The position numbers and the translations under genes were made by a program. Shown here in pieces: positions 63,468 to 64,000 of a DNA stretch of 64,000 bases. The stretch lies in NCBI GenBank assembly GCA_030431755.1, contig JAUIIK010000001.1, positions 42,184-106,183 on the forward strand, in the 5' to 3' direction. Origin of the DNA: Chloroflexia bacterium. Lineage in GTDB: Bacteria; Chloroflexota; Chloroflexia; Thermomicrobiales; CFX8. Numbering within the stretch: position 1 is the first letter of the stretch; every line of letters starts with the position of its first letter. The notes under the pieces were generated by a model. That model saw nothing but the letters and a program-made list of their open reading frames with translations. It was not told where the DNA came from and made no database searches.

Positions 63468-64000
63468 CTAACTCTTTATGTCGAGTCTCCTGACGACACC
63501 CCGCCCTGCCAGGGCTGACGTAAACGTGGCCTCGAGCGCGTCCGCCTCGGCCCGCCGTACGTCGACGATGATCTCTGTCTCCTCGGTATAGCGCGTGTCG
63601 CGAATCGGCGCATCGAACTGGCCAATCGTGTGCATCGCCGGGGATGTGTCGTCGTACTGAAATGTCAGACTGACGCGCTCGCGCAGGATCTTCGTCACGA
63701 CACGCGCTACGTCGAGCGCGCCGGCAGCGGCATCACCGTAGGCGCGAATGAGACCACCGGTCCCGAGGTTGGTGCCGCCGTAGTAGCGCGTCACCACCAC
63801 GATCAGATTCGTTAGCTCGCGGCCATCGATGTGCCGCAGGATCGGTGGACCGCCGGTTCCGTTCGGCTCGCCGTCGTCGCTGTAGCGGAAGTCCTCGGCC
63901 TGATGACCCAGGCGGTAGGCAAAGCAATGGTGGGACGCGTTGTATTCCCGTTTCCGGATCGCCTCAAGGTACTCGGTAGCCTCCTCGACGCTCTCCGCCG
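63468..64000 (-). CDS. YigZ / IMPACT family protein (5' end beyond the window)
   Basis: The frame is open to the window edge and reads ..ASHHCFAYRLGHQAEDFRYSDDGEPNGTGGPPILRHI..VVVTRYYGGTNLGTGGLIRAYG.., the canonical UPF0029/YigZ core. The track ORF starts at an internal GTG. Confidence 0.85.
   Translation of the reverse strand, partial: AESVEEATEYLEAIRKREYNASHHCFAYRLGHQAEDFRYSDDGEPNGTGGPPILRHIDGRELTNLIVVVTRYYGGTNLGTGGLIRAYGDAAAGALDVARVVTKILRERVSLTFQYDDTSPAMHTIGQFDAPIRDTRYTEETEIIVDVRRAEADALEATFTSALAGRGVVRRLDIKS

Overview
This is a high-GC bacterial window of about 60 genes. The two DUF2298 / 'Chlor_Arch_YYY'-type membrane proteins suggest a Chloroflexota (Thermomicrobia-like) origin; that taxonomic call is inference. 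I recognised no rRNA, tRNA or CRISPR array by eye.

Housekeeping content: the tail of a Dpp/Opp-type ABC importer, hup, a TrmH-family methyltransferase, an infC-rpmI-rplT operon (infC appears to start at a non-canonical ATA), fmt, and several small enzymes.

Accessory content:
- Two tandem giant GT-C-like YYY membrane proteins (5.1-11.8 kb), next to a stand-alone Ras/Rab-like GTPase.
- A secreted cohesin/dockerin/beta-helix protein (18-21 kb).
- A roughly 17-kb glycan island (23.7-41 kb). It holds wzm-wzt (Wzt carries a C-terminal glycan-binding domain), a WbdD-like kinase-fold protein, seven glycosyltransferases, a Wzx-like flippase, a 626-aa polytopic membrane protein, a fused ATP-sulfurylase/APS-kinase and two sulfotransferases. 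A secreted beta-helix/CBM protein flanks it.
- A GntR-controlled CapA/bicupin/MFS module.
- An IS630 element whose transposase is split at an A7 run.
- An 11-kb co-directional block (49.3-60.7 kb): three glycosyltransferases, an MsbA-type exporter, two kinase-fold proteins, a poly-acidic SGPGS-repeat protein and an OmpR/HK pair.
- A decayed IS3 scar with truncated neighbouring genes.

The strongest candidate for an undescribed system is the dedicated sulfated-glycan assembly and export locus, together with the YYY GT-C proteins and the kinase/exporter/acidic-protein block. All functional calls come from motifs read in the supplied translations. No database search was run.
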